From positions 23,622,001-23,686,000 of the forward strand of contig CM069152.1 of assembly GCA_035221665.1 (NCBI GenBank): a DNA stretch of 64,000 nucleotides. Reading direction: 5' to 3'. Position 1 is the first letter of the stretch, and the number at the start of each line of letters is the position of its first letter. The notes under the pieces were generated by a model. That model searched no databases. It saw only the letters and a list, made by a program, of their open reading frames with translations, and was not told the origin of the DNA. The DNA comes from Okamejei kenojei. Lineage: Eukaryota. A program made the translations under genes and the position numbers. Shown here one piece after another: positions 1-14,000 of this stretch.

Positions 1-365
1 AAGTTCAATAAAAAATATTCCAAGGGTCTCCAATGAGGTAAATGCAGCTCAGGATTGCTCTCTAGTTGGTGATAGGATGGTTCAGTTGCCCGATAACAGC
101 TGGGAAGAAATTGTCCCTAAATCTGGAGGTGTGCGTTTTCACACTTCTGTACCTCTTGTCTGAGGGGAGAAGAGGGAGTGTCTGGGGTGTAACATCCGTG
201 ATTATGCTTGTGGCCTCGTCGAGGTAGCATGAGGTGTAGATGGAGTCAATGGAAGGAAGGTTGGTTTGGGTGATGGTCTGGGCTGCATCCACAATTCTCT
301 GCAATCTTTTGCAGTCTTGGATGGAGCTATTCCCAAAACCATGCTGTGATGCATCCCGATAAAAT
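1..365 (-). mobile_element. Rex1/Babar-like LINE 3' fragment
   Basis: LPSIDSIYTS...LPSDKRYRSVKTHTSRFRDNFFP peptide; homologue at 62822-63315. Confidence 0.7.
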
Positions 366-790
366 GCTGTCAGAGGGGCAGTGCTGAGGGAGTGCTACAC
401 TGTCAGAGGGGCAGTATTGATTGAGTACTATTGTGTCAGAGGGGAAGTAGTGAGAGAGTGCTACACTCCACGGCCACACTACCTCGCCACTGTCACTGCT
501 GGGTCCACCGTACACCTCCATGGCGCCGATCCAGGCCCCAGCCGCGGGCTTCGTCAACTCGCGGCGAGCAGGCTCCGACCTTGGCCGCGGGCTCCGCTGA
601 GCCAAGCTCTGCCAGCCTCGTGCTCTATCAGAGGTGGGCTCCGATCTCGGCTACTTCACGGTCCGCCGGGAGGCGTCTGCCGCAGCAGCTTGCCGGTCAG
701 AGGGGCAGTATTGAGAGCATGCTACACTCAGTGGGGAGGTACTGTGAGAGTACTACACTGTCGGGGAAGTACTGAGAGAGGGGAGGCAAT
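365..790. repeat. ~31-bp minisatellite (CACTGTCAGAGGGGCAGTACTGAGAGAGTGCTA-like) split by a CpG-rich insert at 470-695
   Basis: Repeated units at 365-468 and 696-780. Confidence 0.7.
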
Positions 791-1922
791 GCAAAGTACA
801 GCTAGTTTTTAAAAAGTGAAATAGAAATTATAATTCAGATTTTGATATATTTATTGTGATGTACACCAGGGAGCAATGAAATTCCTTGTTTCTGTGAAGC
901 TTACAGAATAAACAATACACATGGTAATGATATATGCAAGAATAAATACCATGAGGAGTGTAAAACAGCAGAATGGTGTAGTGCAAAAAAATTAAACTGC
1001 CGTAGCAGAATCATAAGCTGAGTTAAGAGAAAAAGTACATCGCGATATCTGTGGGAAGGAGTGTGAAAGAGGGGATCGGTTCAGGAATCTGTTAGCAGTG
1101 GGGAAGAAGCTGATCTTAAGTCTGGACATCTAGGCTTTAAAGCTCCTGTACCTTCTCCCAGAAGGTAGAAGAGAGAAAAGGGAATGGCCAGAGTGTCGTA
1201 CATCCTTGACAATATTTCCGATCTTTTAGGAAGGAAGTGCAGATGCTGGTTTATACCGAAGATAAAGTGCTGCAATAACTCAGCAGGTCAGGCAGCATCT
1301 CTGGAGAAAAAGAATGGGTGACTTTTTGGGTCGGAACTCTTCTTCAGACTGAAAGTAGAGAGGTGGAAGAACTGATACTCCCAGTCTTCCTATTGCAGCA
1401 CACCATGAAGATGGACTGGATAGAAGGAAGTAACGAGCCTGTGCTGGACTGGGCTGTGTTCACCACACTGCAGGTTCAGGCGGTCAAGAGTAGTACAGTT
1501 GCCATTCCAGGCTGAGATGCATCCCATTGGAATATTTCATATTGTATCTGAAGAAGTTTGAGAAAATCCTCGTGGTCATGCTGAATCTTCACAGATGCTA
1601 AGGAAAGGATAGTTGTAGAATAAGGTGTGGGGCAAGAGGGGGGAGAGGGGGGTGGATTTGGAGCAAAAGGATCTGAACTAATGCTGATGTGCAACTAATG
1701 TGGAAATGGGATTGTTGCTATGGTGTCTGGGTATGGAGGGTCTAAAGGAGGTCGACAGTTAAAAGTTAAAAGACGAATCAGAACAGTTTGGAGGGTACGG
1801 ATCAGGCACAGGCAAATGAGACAAGCACAGGCAACTTGGTCGGCATGGATATGTTCCACCGAAGAGCCTGTTTCTGTGCTGTAGCTTGATGACTCTAATG
1901 GTTTTAACACTTCCCTCGGCAG

Positions 1923-2043
1923 CTGCTGAATCACAGAGCGGTCCTGCAGAGCAGTGACCCCACGTTGATATTCTTCTTTCTGCTACTCTTTGCTGTATCC
2001 ACAATTTCATACAGCTTCATGATCAGCGTGTTCTTCTCCAAAG
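1923..2043 (+). CDS. ABCA3: ABCA3 exon ([40 protein letters not shown])
   Basis: cag acceptor, AAG|gtaagt donor; TMD1 peptide. Confidence 0.88.
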
Positions 2044-5000
2044 GTAAGTGAGGCAACATGTTCCCAGTGAGAGTGACCAGACCAGCCTTTGTCCGACTCT
2101 GTCTGAGTGACAGGACTGATTTATTAAATTCCTGTTTTTTCGTGGTCTTGCAGATCAGTGAACTTCACATCAGTGGTAGGGAAGCTATTAGAGAAGATTC
2201 CTTGGGATAATATTTACTCGCGTTTGGAAAAGTATGGACTTATTAGGAGGGATAGTCAGCATGGTTTTGTACGAGGGAAAACTTGTCTCCAATTTGAGTT
2301 TAATTTTTTGATGATGATTGAGGATGGGGCAGGATTTTGCCTACATGGACTTGAGTAAAGCATTTGACGAGGTCCATGTGGTAGCTGATCCAGAAGATTA
2401 AGTCACATGGGATCCATGGTGAGTTGGTAAATTGAATCCAAAGATGTCTGGGTCATAGAAGACAGGTATTGATAGAGGGGTAGTTTCCTGACTAAAAGTG
2501 TACAAGGAACAGTGTTGGATCTCTGTTTATTATACATAGCTTGCCCTCATTAGGCGAGTTGGCTAGTTATGCTGCGGTTGAGACTTGGCTCTACCTGTCC
2601 ATCATCCTCACATCACCCACCAGCCTCCGCCTCATCACTCCCTCAGCGCTCTCATCCTATTGCAACGTCTCAAGCCAAAACGTCATCCATTTCTCTCCAT
2701 CCACATATACAGCCTGATACTGAGTTCCTCCAGCTTGTGCTTTTTTATCACCACCTGCAGTTTCCCCTCCAAGTCGCATGCCATCATGACTTGGAAACAT
2801 ATCACTCTTCCTTCATTGTTGCTGAATCTAAATGCTGAAACTGCCTACCTGGCTCACCCCACCTGTCATGAGCAGATGTGGGAGACTGGCCTTGGGGGTG
2901 ATGGCAGGGCCTGGGAGTGGTCCTTGGCCTGTCTGTGTGGGAAGGTGCTGTGTGCTTGTGATACCTATCTGGTTCCTTCCTGTATTTCAGCCAACGTAGG
3001 TGCAGCGGTCAGTGGATTCCTGTACTTCCTAATGTACATCCCCTACTTTTTCATCATCCCACGTTATCACGCTATGACCTTCCCACAGAAAATAGCGTCG
3101 TGCTTATTATCCAATGTTGCAATGGCAATGGGCTGTCAGTTAATTGGCATGTTCGAAGGCAAAGGTAAGAATTTTGAGAATGTTTTTGATTCATTTGTCA
3201 TGGAGCCATACATTTGTCACCCTGTCTGAGTCAACCATCATGCCTTTCTATACTAATCATATTTGCCTGCATTAATTCCATATCCTCCACTGCTCTGTGT
3301 AGGAAGGAACTGCAGATGCTGGATGGCATGCAACAAAAGCTTTTCACTGTACCTCGGGACACATGACAATAATAAACTAGACATGGGAATAGTGAGAGCA
3401 GTAAGATGGTAAGGCTTTTCAATATCAAGGAGAAGATGTTGGGATTCTTGCAGAACATTAAGGTGGTTGAATCCCCTGGCCTAATGGGATTGATCCCCGT
3501 TATTGAGAGAAGCAAGAGAGGAGAATGACAGATACAGTATCCTTGTATCCTCTCCAGCCACAGGTGATGTCCCGAAGATCTGGAGAGTGTCCATTGTTTT
3601 TCCTTTGTTTAAGAAGGTAAATGGTGGTAATCCATGGAATGACCCCACACCCACATCTTTCCCCATAACTTAGCGACCTTAATGACCTTCGTATAGAAAC
3701 AAGAAACTGCAGATAGTGGAACCTTGAGCAAACACCAAAGAGCTGGAGTAACTCAGTGGTTCCGACAGCCTCAATGGAGGAAATGGAGAGATGGTGTTTC
3801 AGGTTGGGACCAGAAACGTTGCTTATCCTTTCCCTCCACAGAGGCTGTCTTGAGTCTCAGTTCCAGTCTATTGCAAGCAACCGATTTCATCCCAGGCATC
3901 TTCTAACATTTGTAAAACATTGCTTATAAATAATTGTGGGCTAAGGTGAAGAAAGAGGATGTTTACAGAGCAGGAAGTGGAGATATGGCCTTCCCAGTCT
4001 GTGGCAGGAAAATACCACATTCATTCTAAGGCATGAGCATTTTTGTGGCCAGCTTACTGACTGATTTTCTGTGTGTTTGTTTGAAGGTACAGGTATTCAA
4101 TGGTCAAACATTAACCAATCGGTCACCGTGGATGACGATTTCACCATTTTTGATGTGATTGGCATGCTGATGTTTGATTCTTTGTTGTATGGCCTGATCA
4201 CCTGGTATGTGGAGGCAGTGTTCCCAGGGGAGTACGGAATACCCGAGGTCTGGTACTTTTTCATCTTGGTAAGTCGCTTCAGAACATTGAATTACATTGA
4301 AGTTGCGGAAAGTTGTAGAGGGAGTGTGAGTTGTAGTTGTAGTGCGGTCTACACCTCCACGTCTCCGTATTCCTTATTCCTTTACTCACTCGACTCACCC
4401 ATCATTAACTGTTGTCCAGGTCTCTGCTCCTGTCACAACACCCACCCACCCAGCTGAGCCTGATCTTTCAGCCTCGCCACTGAGCAAAACACAATGTTCT
4501 GCAGTAACTCAGGTTACAACACCCTTTATCCAAATAAAATATCCAACGGTGCCGCACAGTGTTGTTATCAAGCAAGGACAGAAAACCCATGAAGTAGCGA
4601 ACAGCTACATAGACCATGGAAATAGGCCCTTTGGCCCAACTCTTCCATGCTGAGCAACTTGCCTAACCAGCCAGTTACTACCAGGTCAAGAAGCATTAGC
4701 TGAAAAGTCATCATGCTCAAATTGTGGGTGGCACGGTGGTGTGGCTGGTAGAGCTGCTGCCTCCCAATGCCAGACTCGGGCTCAATCCTGACCTCGGATG
4801 GAGTTTACACATTCTCCATGTGACCAAATGGGTTTCCTCCGGGTGCTTCCTCACATATCCCAAAGAAGTGCAGGTTTGTAGGTTAATCGACCTCTATAAA
4901 TTGCCTTTAGTGTGTCGGGATTGAATGAGAAAGTGGGATAACAGAGAGCCAGTGTGAACAGATGATTGGTGGTGGGAGTGGATTCAGTGGGCCGAAGGGC

Positions 5001-8000
5001 CAGTTACCATGCTGTACCTTTCAATGAATCCCATCAATCAATCAATTTAACTATGTCAATGCCACAGTATTTTATCTCAAGCATTTTCTTTTTATTTCAG
5101 AATTCTAGTCCCTATTTTTTAATTTACTTTTCATGTCTTCTCGAACAACATTGACAAAATGTCACAATGAGATATTCAACAGGTAATTAAGCCAAGGTGA
5201 CGTTCCTTAACCTGTGGTGTCTCCCCAGCCCTCGTACTGGCTCAAGATACCGAGAACCATGTACGTCAAAGTCAACAGTGAGGAGGTGGAGGAGCCTGAG
5301 ATTACCCAGAACAGCGAGTACATTGAGGACGACCAGTCTGATCTTGAGGCTGGGATCAAAATCAAAGCCTTAAGCAAGGTAAAGTCTGGCTGAGATGTGG
5401 GTGTTGGCCCAAGCTCTTGCTCAATCAGAATTGGATGAAAGTCCAATCCTCGATATGTCCAGAAAAGGGAGAATATAAGAATTTGGTGTGAATGGGTGTG
5501 TGAAGCTCGGTGTGGGCCAAAGGGCCTGTTTCCGTGCTGTCTGTAACAGGTTGGGCTCAAGGGTTTGAATGAAGTTTGAGGCAAACCTTAAGACACCAAT
5601 GTCCATCTGAACTAAGCTTTCTGCGGATGCCAGCTAATACTTCTGCATTCTGCAGGTATTCAACACCGGAAACCACATGAAGACAGCAGTTTCCCGCCTG
5701 ACTGTGAACCTGTACAAAGGACAGATCTCGGTGTTGCTGGGCCACAACGGAGCAGGGAAGACCACCACCCTGTCCATGCTGACCGGTGAGCCCAGGATAT
5801 TACACTGCTCTCTGGGTGAACAAGAGAGGCAAGAGATGAGGGAGGGAGAGCAGGATTAATTTACAGTTGTTGAAATTATTCAGCATTTGTTGAGGTCAGG
5901 AAGGGGAAATGGTGGAGCTTAGAGCAATGATAGCAGGGCAATGGGACATGGGCTTTGATAGTGGGTGATGGGGAGTCCATGTCCAAAGCGTTAGGAGGCA
6001 AGTCCATGGTCCTACGATGGCCAAAGACATCCGAAGGCAATGGCGAAATTCATGGTGGGAAGTGATCTATGTTTTCCATGAGCATATTGTGGAAAGTGCA
6101 GGAGAACCACTACCAATGTTGCTGCTGCAAATCCTCCACATCCACTGCAAGATTTAGGTATATTATTGTCATGTGTACTGAGGTACAGTGAAAAGCTTTG
6201 TTTTGCATTCTATCCAAACAGATCATATACACCATGCATACAATCAGGTCACGCTCAAGTACAATAGGTAGAACAAAGGAGAAGATACAGAGAGCTGAAT
6301 ATAATTCTCAGTGTTGCAGTGCATCAGTTCCCTAGATAAAGGTCAGTGTCCACAATAAGGTGGAGGTAAATCTGACAATACCCTAATTAATGAAAGGACC
6401 GTTTTTGATTATATCCAGTCTGGTCTGATGCACAGGTCATATTGTGCACCTCTGACACCAAACTTCCAAAACCAACACTCTACTCTTGAGTGATACTCTT
6501 GCTCCATCACAGCAGGAGATTACCAAGACAGAAAAAGTGAATCAAGGATGTTCTCAAAGCCTCCTTGAAAAAACTGCAACATCCCACCAATTCCTGGGAA
6601 CCTTTGCCCCACGACTACTCAAGGTGAAAGAAAAGCTTTTGGGATGGTGTTGGGCACTTTGAGCCCATTCATCGAGAGAATGGGGTAAATGGTAGAGGAA
6701 GTACACAGTCTCTTACTCCCCCTGTCCGCCAACCATCCCATCAAGCCCCATGTGTGGATAGAGGCGACACGTTCCAATTGGAACTCAACTTCCCACTCAG
6801 AACTGGAGTGGAATGGAATCAGCCTTGCCTGAGGAAATGACTCAAGAGTCAAGAGTGTTTTATTGTCAAAAGTCCTGAAATAGAACAGTGAGATTCTTAC
6901 TTGCAGCAGCACACCAGATATATAAACATAGTACTCTGTAAAACCCATAGTCAACAACAACAAAGAATTGTGTGCACGCGTGCGTGCTTGCTGTGTATAA
7001 TTCAGAGCCTATTTGCAGGTTGTAGTGTTTAATAGCATGATGGTTATAGGGGCTGCTTTTTTGACAGTGGTAGGCAGTGGGATTGTGAAAGAGTAAGGGT
7101 GGGGCAGTGGGGCAACCCCTGCAGTGAAGATTGGGTTGGGATTTTGAGCTGTCATTCAAAGAGAGTTGTGAATCTGCGGAATTCTCTGCCTCAGAGGGCG
7201 GTGGAGGCCGGTTCTCTGGATACTTTCAAGAGAGAGCTAGATAGGGCTCTTAAAGATAGCGGAATCAGGGGATATGAGAAGAAGGCAGGAACGGGGTACT
7301 GATTGGAGATGATCAGCCATGATCACATTGAATGGTGGTGCTGGCTAAAAGAGCCGAATGGCCTACTCCTGCACCTATTGTCTAGTGTCTAAACCAGTGA
7401 CTTGCTCTCCTGGTTTTTAGGACTTTATCCTCCTACAAGTGGCACTGCCCTCATTAACGGGTTCAATATCTGCCAGGACATGGCACTCGTACGCCGGAGC
7501 CTTGGGCTGTGCCCACAGTATGATGTCCTGTTCGACAACCTGACTGTGGAAGAACACCTTTCATTCTTTTGCAGGGTAAGTGACATACAGGGGATATGTC
7601 CTATCCAAGTGGAGGGGTTGGTGAATAATGCATCAGTCAGCATAGGAGCTGAGATGTTATGTTGCAGTTGTATAAGACATTCATGAGGCTGTACTTGCTG
7701 TATTGTCCATAGCCTTGGTTACCCTGCTAAAGGAAAGTTATCGCTAAGCTAAGAGTGCAAACAAGATTTGCAAGAATGTTGCCAGTACTTGAAGGCCTGA
7801 GCTATAGAGAGAGATGACGCTGGGCGAGGATATTATTCCTTAACGAAGGAGACTGAGAGCTGACTGTCTAAAATCATGAGTGGCATAGAAAGGGTGACTG
7901 CAGAATCTTTTTTTCCAGGGTAGGAGAATCAACGACTAGAGAACGTGTGTTTAAGGTGCGGGAGGAACGATTTAATAGGTAACTGAGGGGCAACGTCCTC

Positions 8001-11000
8001 ATACAGAGGGTGATGGTATATGAAACAAACTGCCAGAGAAAGTAGATGAAGCAAGCACAATAACAACTTTTAAAAGACATTTGGACAGGTACAGAGACAG
8101 GAAAAGTTTAGTCCCAATGTTACAAATGAGACTAATTTCGATGGGTTTCATAGTTAGTATGAATGAGTTGGACCGATGGGCCTGTTTCCGTGATATCTAG
8201 CTTTGTTATTCTGTGACTCTATTGGGCGCAAGAGTGCAGACAGAGAATTTTGAGTAATCTTATGGAGCAGGTGAAGCCTGGGAACATGGACAAGATGATA
8301 AACAAATACTTCTCACCTGTATTCACCATGGTAAGGATGTGGAAGATAATGTGTTCAGGGTGGGGTGCGCTGGTAACCTGGAGCAGGTCAGTATTATGAA
8401 AGTGGACAGGGTGGATGTCTTGGAAAGCATGAGAGGATAAATCTCCAGGCCCACATTTCTTTTTCAAAAAATATAGTTTATTCAGAATAAAAAATATATA
8501 CAATACAAAAGGCAATCCTCTTTTACCGAGTTGATTGAATGTTTGAGGAGGTAACTTAAGAAAATTGGTGAAGAGAGGGCAGTAGATAGATATTGCCCAC
8601 GGTAACGCATTTGACAAGGTCAAATGCATGGTAGACAGGCACATAGGTTCTAAGGTGAGCTGACTAATTGGATCCAAACTTGTCTTGATGATGGGAGGCA
8701 GAGGATCGAGGTGGAAGCATGTTTTTCTGATGGGAAGCGTGTGACCAGGGGTGCGCCACAGTGATCAGTGCCGGGACCCTTGTTTGTGATACACAGTAAT
8801 TACTCGCATGTGAATTTTGGAAGTAGACACCACTACAGCAGTGTGACCACCTTGCCAATTTTGCCCAGTTGAAAGGCTACAACATAAAGAATGTCCATGA
8901 AGCGGTAAACCAGATGCTAATGATGCTGAACTTTGAGGAGAAGCGGCATGCCCAAGCCAAGACTCTATCCGGTGGGATGAAACGCAAGCTCTCCATTGGA
9001 ATTGCTCTCATTGGAGATTCTCAGGTAACAAAGCTTCGGTGAGCTGAGCAGCGGGACGTTTGATCTGACCTCTCTCCCACTGCATGTTCGTGCTTTAGAC
9101 ACTGGACCCTGCCTCTCCCTGACCCTCCGCATTACCATTTCACCTCTAACCACGTGATCATTGACCATGGTGCTTGAGCTGTGTTGAGAGTGTTGTGTAT
9201 TAAGGAGCTCGGGTGGGGCTACCTGCTGTTAGATACACCTCAGGCACAACACCAGCCCTGTCTGGGGCTGGGTCCGGTCACAATCTTTACATACCCAACA
9301 CCATAAATATCACAACTTCAAACAAGTTGTTCGCATTAAACAAACCATCCTGGGCAGAAACCTTCTCTGTGGCATCTTATTTTGGAAAATCCAAGCACTC
9401 TTTATCTACTAATTCTCCTTTCTCCACTCTGTTTATTACATCTTAAAAAAAAAGCCGATTTATCAAACGTTTTCTTCATAAAGCCATGTTGCCTCTGCTG
9501 AATTATCTCATGATTTTCCAAACATGCTGCTATTACTTGCCAATACACCAGGGACACCGCATTTCACCTCAGAGCAGGGACCACAGGGAATCAATTGAGT
9601 CACAGGTTGATGGGGTGGTAAAGAAGGTTTTCGGCACATTGGGCTTCATCAGTCAGGGTACTGAGTATAGATGTTGGGATGTTATGTAACAGTTTACAAG
9701 ATTTTGGTGAGGCCGTGTTTCGAATATTGTATTCAGTTTTGGTTACTCTGCTATAGGAAGGATATTGTTAAGCTGGAAAGTGCAGAGAGGATTTGCGAGG
9801 ATGTTGCTGGGACTCAAGGGCCTGAGCTACAGGGAGAGGTTCAGCAGGCTAGGACTTTATTTATTGGAGCACAGGAGGACGAAGGGGGGGTCTTATAGAA
9901 ATGTATAAGATCATGAGGGGAAAGGATTGGGTGAATTCAGAGTATTTTGCCCAGAGCAGGTTAATGAATAATCAAAGGACATGGGTTTAAGGTGAGAGGG
10001 GAAAGATTTAATCGGAGTAGCCTGCAGATTAAACAAGAACTTACCAGTTCGAAGTTTGATCGTTATTTTATGAGGAGTTACGATGAGGGGATTACGTGAA
10101 GAACCCGCCTCACGCTGGCAACGGCATACTTCAAAGCAGCGGCATGAAAAACACAGAACACCAAAGCCGGAGTAACATAGTAAGGCTCATAAAAATACTC
10201 AGAACTACCATTTGATCATTTATTTTATGAGGGTGGGAGCGGAGGGCACGTAATCCCCTCATCGTAACTCCTCATAAAATAACGATCAAACTTCGAACTG
10301 GTAAGTTCTTGTTTAATCTTACTATTTTACTTCGGAGTCAGTGAGTGACTACGTGAGATTTTAAAGCTTTCTGTGTTTTTTATGTCGTAGAATCAATCCG
10401 TACGACAGTCCGGCTAAGTAACACATACATGAGAAAACCAGACTAAATGTTAGATCATTTCACAATTAACTTTTTAATGTTTAAAGACCATATAATAACC
10501 CTCCTTATATCTGAGGGAAAATGATTACAAGTGATAAAAGATAGAAGTGACTACACCATTGATTATAGCAATTAATAGTAAACAAAGCAGGTGATTATAG
10601 TGCTCCCAACACCGCGTGTCCAAAGCTTGTCATAGTGTGAACAGGTTTATTGTAGAACTTTGAGAAAGTTTCTTCTTTACTCCACCCTGCGACTTTTAAA
10701 ATATGCTCGAGAGGTACGTCCCGCCCCTTCGCCGCGGACGTAGCTGCCGCCCTGGTGGAGTGAGATTTGAACACATCAGTGTCTACTCCCGCTAAAACCA
10801 ACACCTGTTTCAACCATTTTGAGATAGTTTGAACTGAAGCTTTTGTGTGTGGTTTTTTGTGCGTAACCATTAACGCTTTTTCATTTCCTCGAAGGGTGTC
10901 AGTAACTTTAATATATTCGTTCAAATGTTTAACCACACACAAAGTAGGATCAATATGATAAGCTTGAAAGGTTACCTTTGTTCCAGATCTCCCTGGTCTG

Positions 11001-14000
11001 CTTTGTTTGATTAACTCGTAAACATAGAACACAACATTATCTGTAGTCACATGCATACAGTCTAAACGCAACATTTGTAAAGTTTGCACTCTTTGAGCTG
11101 AGACCAGTGACATTAACATGACTAATTTCAATGTCAATCTTTCCAATGTCTCAACCCTTCAATTGGAGTCCATTGTCTAAGTAGCGTAAGTAACAATGCT
11201 CACATCCCAAATCTCTGTGTATCTTGGTTTGGGTGGATTAATATTAAAGATTCCTTTCATGAATCTAGATATTAATGGATGCGACCCAATTGATCTCTGA
11301 TCAGTCATAAGCCCTAAATAGGACGACAAAGCACTGCGTGCAGTGTTAATGGCACTGTAACTTAAATGTTGCTGAAAATGCAAATTGGCAAGGAATTCCA
11401 AAACATTTACAATATTTACAGTATCATAAGAAATATTTGACTGTGTGCAAAAGTCTTCCCATTTCTTAATATGTGTCATATATTGCTTTTGTGTGCTATT
11501 GCGCCATGATGCAACATAACTTTCATAGTTTGGTCCGACAATCCCAGCTCCTGTAGTGGTCTGGTCAAAACCTGCAGATTAAACAAATTCATATATGCAT
11601 ACAATGGGTAAATCTCTTTAGTTACCGGATTAGTCAAGATATCACTACAGTTAGGAATCGACATATATGGTTCTTTAATCATATTCAGCATTACTGGGAA
11701 CCAAGGTTGAGTTGGCCAATTTGGAACTACCAACAATCCAGAAGCAGAATCTTGTTCTATCTTCTTCAAGCATCTCTGAATCAAAGCAAATGGTGGAAAA
11801 GCATTAAAAGAACATCTTTCCCCAGTGTAATGAAAAAGCATCTACTGCTACTGCATCTGGATCGTGTTCCAAGACACATAACATAAGGCAACTGATGATT
11901 AAGCCTAGATGCAAACAATCTATTTCTGGCAACCCAAATTGGTTTACAATATTCTTAAATATTGCTGGCTTAAGCATCCATTCCGTATTATCTTTAAAAA
12001 TCCTGGACCTTTCATCTGTACCACATTGTCCTTACCCGAATGTAGCTTGCTGAAATCCATATTTGGCGACCAATACACCATTGCCATATTCTCATTGGCC
12101 AGACATCACATTGATACTGGACCTAACTCCCCCCATGTGATTAATGTATGCAACAGCCGTTTTATTGTCTAACTGTATTAACACATGTAGACCTTGTTAG
12201 CACAACAATATGCTTTAAGTCCATAAAAAGCACCCAATAACTCCAAATAGTTAATACCATAAAACTTGAAGAAACGCTTCTTCTTGAGCTTTCCATCTAC
12301 CTCCACAACTGGAGGACGAATCTGTAGCCCCCCATCCGAGAGCACTAGCATCCGTTTGTAAAACCATTTCAGGTTGTTTAATCATGATATTCTTAGCAGC
12401 TTGTGGGACATTTTCAACCCACCATTGTAATTCCAACACGGCTTCTTTTGTTAATTGCATAGCCTGTCAAAGTGACCTGCCTTCTCCTTAAAGCCCTTGT
12501 TTTGGTCCCTTTGAAGATTTTGATAATGTAATGGACCAAATTCCACTGCCGGAAATGCTGCTACCAGTTTCCCAATGGTTTTTGCCACTTCTCGGATGGA
12601 GGGATAAGGTTTGTGAATGAGGTAATTACAAGTCATCAAGATGTCATTGACCTTCTCTGTTGGCAAAGTAACTAACATAGTCCACTGAGTTAATAATACA
12701 AACCCCAAAAGGTTAATTTGATTGTGCTGGCTACAGCTGGGACTTAATTGGATGAATCAAAAACCCTAGCTTTTCAAACAAAGCTTTAGTAACTGAAACT
12801 GAGTGCTCAGCTGACTCTTGAGTATCACTAATGATCAGAATATCATCCAGATAAGCCATAACAATGTGTTTCTGTGCTATTAATTGGGCTAAAACTGGTT
12901 TCAACAGTTTTGTAAAGAGTCTAGGAGCCGAACTCAATCCATTTGGTAAAGCTTTAAACTGCCATAATTGTCCCAGCCAATTAAATTTTAAAATACCTCC
13001 TGATGCATTGATGAATTGCTACAGAATAATAGGCATCCTTCAAATCAATCTTAGCCATATAACACCCTGCTGAAATATAAGATATTTTGCAGTACTGAAT
13101 GTCTCCATCTTAAAATGTTTGTATTCTACAAACTTATTCAGATCTGTAAGGTCCAGAATAATTCTGCAAAACCACCATCTTTTTTATCTCTTCGAAAATA
13201 TATTAGAGACAAATTGATGCTTATGTTCATAAGTCTTTTCAATTACGCCTTTTCAGATAATTTGTCAATTTCCACATTAATCTCCATTCTTTCCTCTGCA
13301 GAAAACACATAAGCATAAGCAGGTCTATTCTGTACAGGAGGATTAACCCCTTCTTTAAAAATAATAATGGCTCCCGAAACTGCTTGTAATACATATCGAT
13401 CAGAAGTAATGTTAAGCCAGGCATTATAAAAATTTTTGCAATCTCCCTCCAACTGGAGAGTCATCCACAGTTTCTTTAAGTACATAAGTCTTTAATACCT
13501 CTGCGTATGAGCGTGGTGGTCTCCTTCTTCCCGAATACAGGGAAGCACTTGCCTGCACAGCACGATAGTATTTTTGTGACAAACTTCTTGCTTCTATAAC
13601 GGAAATCGAAACCCCTTCGGGTCGAAAACCCCTTCTTTGTCCAAAAACAAAAGGTTTAACATTGCTAAAATATTTAGCTTCTTCATCCAACTCTTTCAGC
13701 TGTTTCGCAGATTTCTCCAAACAAATACCCAGGAGCTTGGAACTCCACTTTCTTGACACAGGCTGAAATCTAGGGTGAAATAAGGCCGAATCGCCGGTTT
13801 TCCTCATGCAATTAATTTCATAGAATGAATTACATAATAAGCCCAAAGTATCCTTTTGAATCTTTTCCATTTCCAGATTCTCCCATTTGCCTGCCATAGG
13901 CCGTAATGGCGGCAGAAATTAATTTGAGCACCTTTTGAAACTTCACTTCTAGGGCTCTCATACTTGGGAGTCATAGACGTCCATATCATCGGATTCACCG

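Noticed and set aside
10595-11146. Phage-integrase-like ORF suggesting prophage or bacterial contamination
   Set aside because: It is the YR of a DIRS retrotransposon, with RT, ITRs and ICR, inside a eukaryotic intron
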